64,000 nucleotides of DNA from an uncultured Spirochaetota bacterium. GTDB taxonomy: Bacteria; Spirochaetota; Spirochaetia; SZUA-6; Fen-1364. Numbering within the stretch: position 1 is the first letter of the stretch; each line of letters begins with the position of its first letter. A program made the translations under genes and the position numbers. Shown here piece after piece: positions 60,463 to 64,000 of the stretch. The stretch lies in the NCBI GenBank assembly GCA_963734545.1, contig CAVTHO010000004.1:448001-512000 (forward strand), read 5' to 3'. The notes beneath the pieces are model-generated. The model ran no database searches, was not told the DNA's origin, and saw nothing but the letters and a program-made list of their open reading frames with translations.

Positions 60463-61863
60463 TTACCCGACCCTCCGGATAGAGCGCATCAACCGGTTTA
60501 TCTCATCCAGCGGGGGGATGAATTTACGGAAGACTATTGTAAACCGATAGCCCCGGGTCGATCTTGCCGGGATCTCCACACCCAGGCAGTCAGCAACAGG
60601 ACCGGGCAGATCAGGGAACAGGGCGCTCTTCGCAGGCACAAAGGTATAGCTGTGTCCGTCGTACTTCAGGTACGCCATCCTTGATGGGACAGAGACGAAA
60701 TAGATGAGGAATGTGGATCGTCCCCCTCCCACGACGGCGGAAGAGCCGGGCCGCAGGTAGTGCACATTGCGAAAGCCGATGTGCCGGTTCTGCATGGTCA
60801 CGACCATTTCCACGAGGGGATGCCCCTCGCGCGCTGACAGGTGCAGGTCGCCGGCCAGCGCAGGGCGCAGACCTCGACGGAGGATCCGGATGCCAAGGAG
60901 CACAAGGACAATGACCGCCGCTGCGAGGAGCGCCAGGATCAGGATCAGCCAACCCGAGCGCCCGAAAAAGAAAGCTTTTCCCGGCAGGCCGCCTTGCTCA
61001 GGGGCTGATGCAGTCGGCTGCTCAGACTGCTCCGCGGCTGCCGGGCCCGGAGGACCGGCCTGGGGTCCAGCCTCCGCTCCAGGTCCCAGCTGCTCGTTGC
61101 CTTGCGCCTGGGCTTCTGCTTGAGGGGCGCCCGTGCTTCCTAGGCTGGCAGCGCCGGCAGCCACCGAGGTGCTTGCCTGTCCGGGGCGGGCAGATGCAGG
61201 GCCGGGGGCAGCCGTGGCGGTCTTGGGGCCGGCCATCGCAGGACCCGGAGCTGCCCGGCCGAGCGGGATCACCAGCCGCGTCCTGCCCGGCCAATCCTTG
61301 TAGCTGAGAGCCAATCCCGCGTTGTCGGCAGTCAGGTTGGACATTACCTGCGTGGTGTATTTGAGCGACAGTGCCGCGATGTTTTTCCGGTAGGCTGCGT
61401 TGTAGTTCGTCACGAGCACAGCCAGCCTGCCCGCCTGGGCAGGGCTATAGCTGAAGGCAGCCTCGAGGTACCCCGCCACGATTCTCTGCACGTTTCTTAT
61501 GTCGTTGACGTGCGCATCCGGCCGGAAGACGATGATGTCCGCGCTGAGCAGGTTCAGCTGGGCCGGGTCGAAAGCCCGGACCACGTCGTACTTCCCGAAG
61601 TAGCTGCCCCGGCTGCCATTGGCAACCAGAGCGCGCGCCATGACCGCCCCTATCGCCTTGATCTGAGGGACAGACTCCACTATCGGCGCCCGTCCCGTAA
61701 AACTCTCAAAGACGAATACGCGGCCTGCCGTCGTGTCGAGCTCGCCCCGGGCGAGCTCCTGCGGCCAGCCCGGTGCCGCAGCTAGGCTCAGCAGGAGCGC
61801 GATGAACGGTATGACCCCTCTGATCGCCACGACCTTTGCGAAGCGGCACGTTGTAGGCCTCAT
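60463..61863 (-). CDS. Membrane protein with an N-terminal P83/100-like domain, Ala/Pro-rich linker, TM helix and cytoplasmic domain
   Basis: ADII…HVNDIRNVQRIVAGYLEAAFSYS…YNAAYR…AGLALSYKDWPGRTRLVIPL resembles the spirochaete P83/100 N-terminus. TM is WLILILALLAAAVIVLVLLGI. The start is uncertain. Confidence 0.72.
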   Translation of the reverse strand: MRPTTCRFAKVVAIRGVIPFIALLLSLAAAPGWPQELARGELDTTAGRVFVFESFTGRAPIVESVPQIKAIGAVMARALVANGSRGSYFGKYDVVRAFDPAQLNLLSADIIVFRPDAHVNDIRNVQRIVAGYLEAAFSYSPAQAGRLAVLVTNYNAAYRKNIAALSLKYTTQVMSNLTADNAGLALSYKDWPGRTRLVIPLGRAAPGPAMAGPKTATAAPGPASARPGQASTSVAAGAASLGSTGAPQAEAQAQGNEQLGPGAEAGPQAGPPGPAAAEQSEQPTASAPEQGGLPGKAFFFGRSGWLILILALLAAAVIVLVLLGIRILRRGLRPALAGDLHLSAREGHPLVEMVVTMQNRHIGFRNVHYLRPGSSAVVGGGRSTFLIYFVSVPSRMAYLKYDGHSYTFVPAKSALFPDLPGPVADCLGVEIPARSTRGYRFTIVFRKFIPPLDEINRLMRSIRRVG

Positions 61864-61960
61864 CAACAAGGGAGCCCTCCTTTGGTAAGGCCATCGCCTT
61901 TCCGACGGCACTGCGGACCGCGTGGAGTCTATTTGCAGGAATCTGACCGGTCGCCGAACG

Positions 61961-62398
61961 TCAACGCTCGCACATCTCCTTGAGCCTCTGAAGGGCCTTG
62001 GGCCAGACCTCCTTGAACATCTTCTCGAAACCGTCGTTGGAGTCAATTTCCACGACCACCTCTGTTGTGCCATCGGCTTCATGAAAGGAGTAGTTCTCAT
62101 ATGCCGGCGCCCAGGCCGTTGCTTCCGGGCTGTTGGTATCATCTACACCGCCCTTCACGAATCCGAGATGCCTGATCGACACGAACTCGTACTCTCTGTT
62201 CTCAGCGATTTCCGCGGTCATCCCTTCGCCGCCGGGGGACAGAAACCTGATCTTCGCGCCCTCGGTCCAGGATCCCTCATAGTAGGATCCCGGAGTGAAA
62301 GCCTCCGTCCATTCTCGATATGTCTCGGGCTCGAGCATTGTCTGCCACACATTCTTCCTGGGCGATTTGATGGAGATGGCGAAGCGAAGTTTCCTCAC
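61961..62398 (-). CDS. SRPBCC domain protein
   Basis: VWQTML…YREWTEAF…GSWTEGAKIRFL…WPKALQRLKEMCE. Confidence 0.88.
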   Translation of the reverse strand: MRKLRFAISIKSPRKNVWQTMLEPETYREWTEAFTPGSYYEGSWTEGAKIRFLSPGGEGMTAEIAENREYEFVSIRHLGFVKGGVDDTNSPEATAWAPAYENYSFHEADGTTEVVVEIDSNDGFEKMFKEVWPKALQRLKEMCER

Positions 62399-62590
62399 CG
62401 CAGCCTCCTCGCGTCGACTTCATCTTGAATATACCGCGGACCCCGCGTAAAGCCCATTCGGCGATGCGGCCGTTGATTCAGGCGCCAGGACCGGCGGCGG
62501 GATGCCGAGCCGGCGAGCGGCCACGATGATCCCCGTCCCACGGATTTGACCTTCCCTCCCGTCGTGAGTATTCATTCTCATGGAATCGGA

Positions 62591-63241
62591 ATGAAGATCG
62601 AAATCTGGTCTGACATTGTCTGTCCATGGTGCTACATCGGCAAGAGGCGATTCGAGGCCGCGCTCGCCGGCTTCGCGCATCACGATTCCGTGCAGGTGGT
62701 CTGGCGCAGCTTCGAGCTGGACCCTGACGCGCCGCAGAGCCTGGGCATGCCGCTCAACGAGATGCTCGCGAAAAAGTACGGCATGTCCCTCGCGGAAGCG
62801 AGCTCCGCCAATGAACGAGTCACCACGATTGCCGCGGCAGAGGGTCTTGCCTATCGACTCGACATCGCAAAGACGGGGAACAGCTTCGCGGCGCATCGAC
62901 TCGTTCACCTGGCCGGCACACGGGGGATCGCCGAAGCGCTGCAGGAACGGCTCATGAAGGCGTACTTCAGCGACGGCCTCGCAATCAGCGACCCCGAGGT
63001 CCTGATCCGGCTCGCCGCCGAGGCCGGCATGGATGCCGGGGAGGCTCGCACGGCGCTGGAGGGTGGCGCGTTTGCCGACGAGGTGCGCAGCGATGAAGAG
63101 CGGGCTGCGCAGTTCGGCATCAACGGTGTGCCCTTCTTCGCCATCGAGGAGCAGTGGGGAATCTCCGGTGCGCAGCCGGTGGAGGTCTTCAAGAACGCAT
63201 TGAGCGAGTCGTGGGAAGAGCTGGCGCGCCTGGCGGGCTGA
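62591..63241 (+). CDS. DsbA/FrnE family oxidoreductase
   Basis: MKIEIWSDIVCPWCYIGKRR, FELDP, GVPFF and SGAQP. Confidence 0.93.
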   Translation: MKIEIWSDIVCPWCYIGKRRFEAALAGFAHHDSVQVVWRSFELDPDAPQSLGMPLNEMLAKKYGMSLAEASSANERVTTIAAAEGLAYRLDIAKTGNSFAAHRLVHLAGTRGIAEALQERLMKAYFSDGLAISDPEVLIRLAAEAGMDAGEARTALEGGAFADEVRSDEERAAQFGINGVPFFAIEEQWGISGAQPVEVFKNALSESWEELARLAG

Positions 63242-63283
63242 TCGATCGAGAGCGGAGCCCGTTGACAGGCAAATCCATTCCTT

Positions 63284-63451
63284 GGCGCGGGCATCAGCGT
63301 GGAAAGCGGCATCCCGCCCTTTCGCGGCCCAATGCGGCGCACGAGATGCTGGCCGCCTGGGAAGCGCGGGCGGCTGCAGGTGCTGATCACCCAGAACATC
63401 GACAACCTGCACCACACGGCGGGCAGCAGGAATATCGTCGAGTTGAGTGGC
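63284..63451 (+). pseudogene. Sirtuin (Sir2/CobB) remnant
   Basis: Consecutive fragments GAGISVESGIPPFRG | PNAAHEMLAAWE | LITQNIDNLHHTAGSRNIVELSG lie in shifting frames. There is an internal deletion, ELHG reads ELSG, and the C-terminal half is missing. Confidence 0.8.
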
Positions 63452-64000
63452 TCTTTGTCCATAGCATAGTCCGATCGTGCCGGAATTACGCGCTCAATTC
63501 TGTGCCGCGAGCTCAGGACTATGCCCGCGTCGGCTTCAGCGGGCGACCGGAAGGCCAAACGCCGTGCCTGCTGTCGCGGCTGCACGATCCTGCACAATCC
63601 AAAGTCGCTGTGAGGAAAGAGGATCACGTCCCCCTCCTCGAGGCGCGCATGCCGAGCCTGGCGTCAGGTCGAGAAACATGGATCACCGCATTGCCCAAGG
63701 ATCCTGTTGGGCCGGGAGCCGCGCCGCCAGTCCCCGCACCGCTGAACGCGATCCGATCCGATTCCTCAGTCCAATGCGTGTCGAATATATTCGACTCCGT
63801 TTGAGACGCCTTCTGAACGATAACTATAGAGGGGACGACAGTCGTCGCAACGCAATGCGTCCTCATAAGCGCAAGCGGTCAACGACCGTCGCGCACAAAC
63901 GGCAGGAGGAACGAAGTCATCCTGAACTGCGAAACACACAGCCGCGTCCTGGTCGGGTTTCACGCAATCACCCTCGTGTCGATCTTTCTCCTGTTGGCGG

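Noticed and set aside
63452-64000. Protein-coding genes or structured RNA at the right end
   Set aside because: The short ORFs lack motifs. A possible minus-strand gene tail near 63960-64000 is too short to support.

Overview
High-GC bacterial window, most likely from a free-living Spirochaetota: it encodes a P83/100-like protein and an MBL-cNMP-hemerythrin fusion. I saw no rRNA, tRNA or CRISPR array. The left end is an accessory or defence-like patch: a tyrosine-integrase tail, a SAM-methyltransferase-HNH fusion, an McrB-like scrap, an intact Phd-VapC pair and HicB with an internally deleted HicA. The middle holds an atypical ClpP, an ABC-F ATPase, secreted hydrolases and an ArsR plus Met-rich protein pair. 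It also holds a translationally coupled methyltransferase / GH3 acyl-adenylate ligase / 7TM hybrid histidine kinase operon, the best candidate for an undescribed signal-synthesis-and-sensing system. A sulfur-carrier cysteine pathway follows (CysM, JAMM protease, ubiquitin-like-MoeB-rhodanese fusion), then a decayed Fic gene beside a tandem repeat and prx-CGS-dapA. From 35 to 58 kb lie two sugar or sugar-acid catabolic clusters with visible LacI- and KdgR-type operators. The right end has an NhaR-HPF-TerC module with two LysR boxes, a P83/100 chimera, SRPBCC, FrnE and a sirtuin remnant. Many genes carry single-base frameshifts in C/G runs, probably long-read consensus errors, so split ORFs are reported as single genes. 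All family calls come from motif recognition by eye, not database searches.
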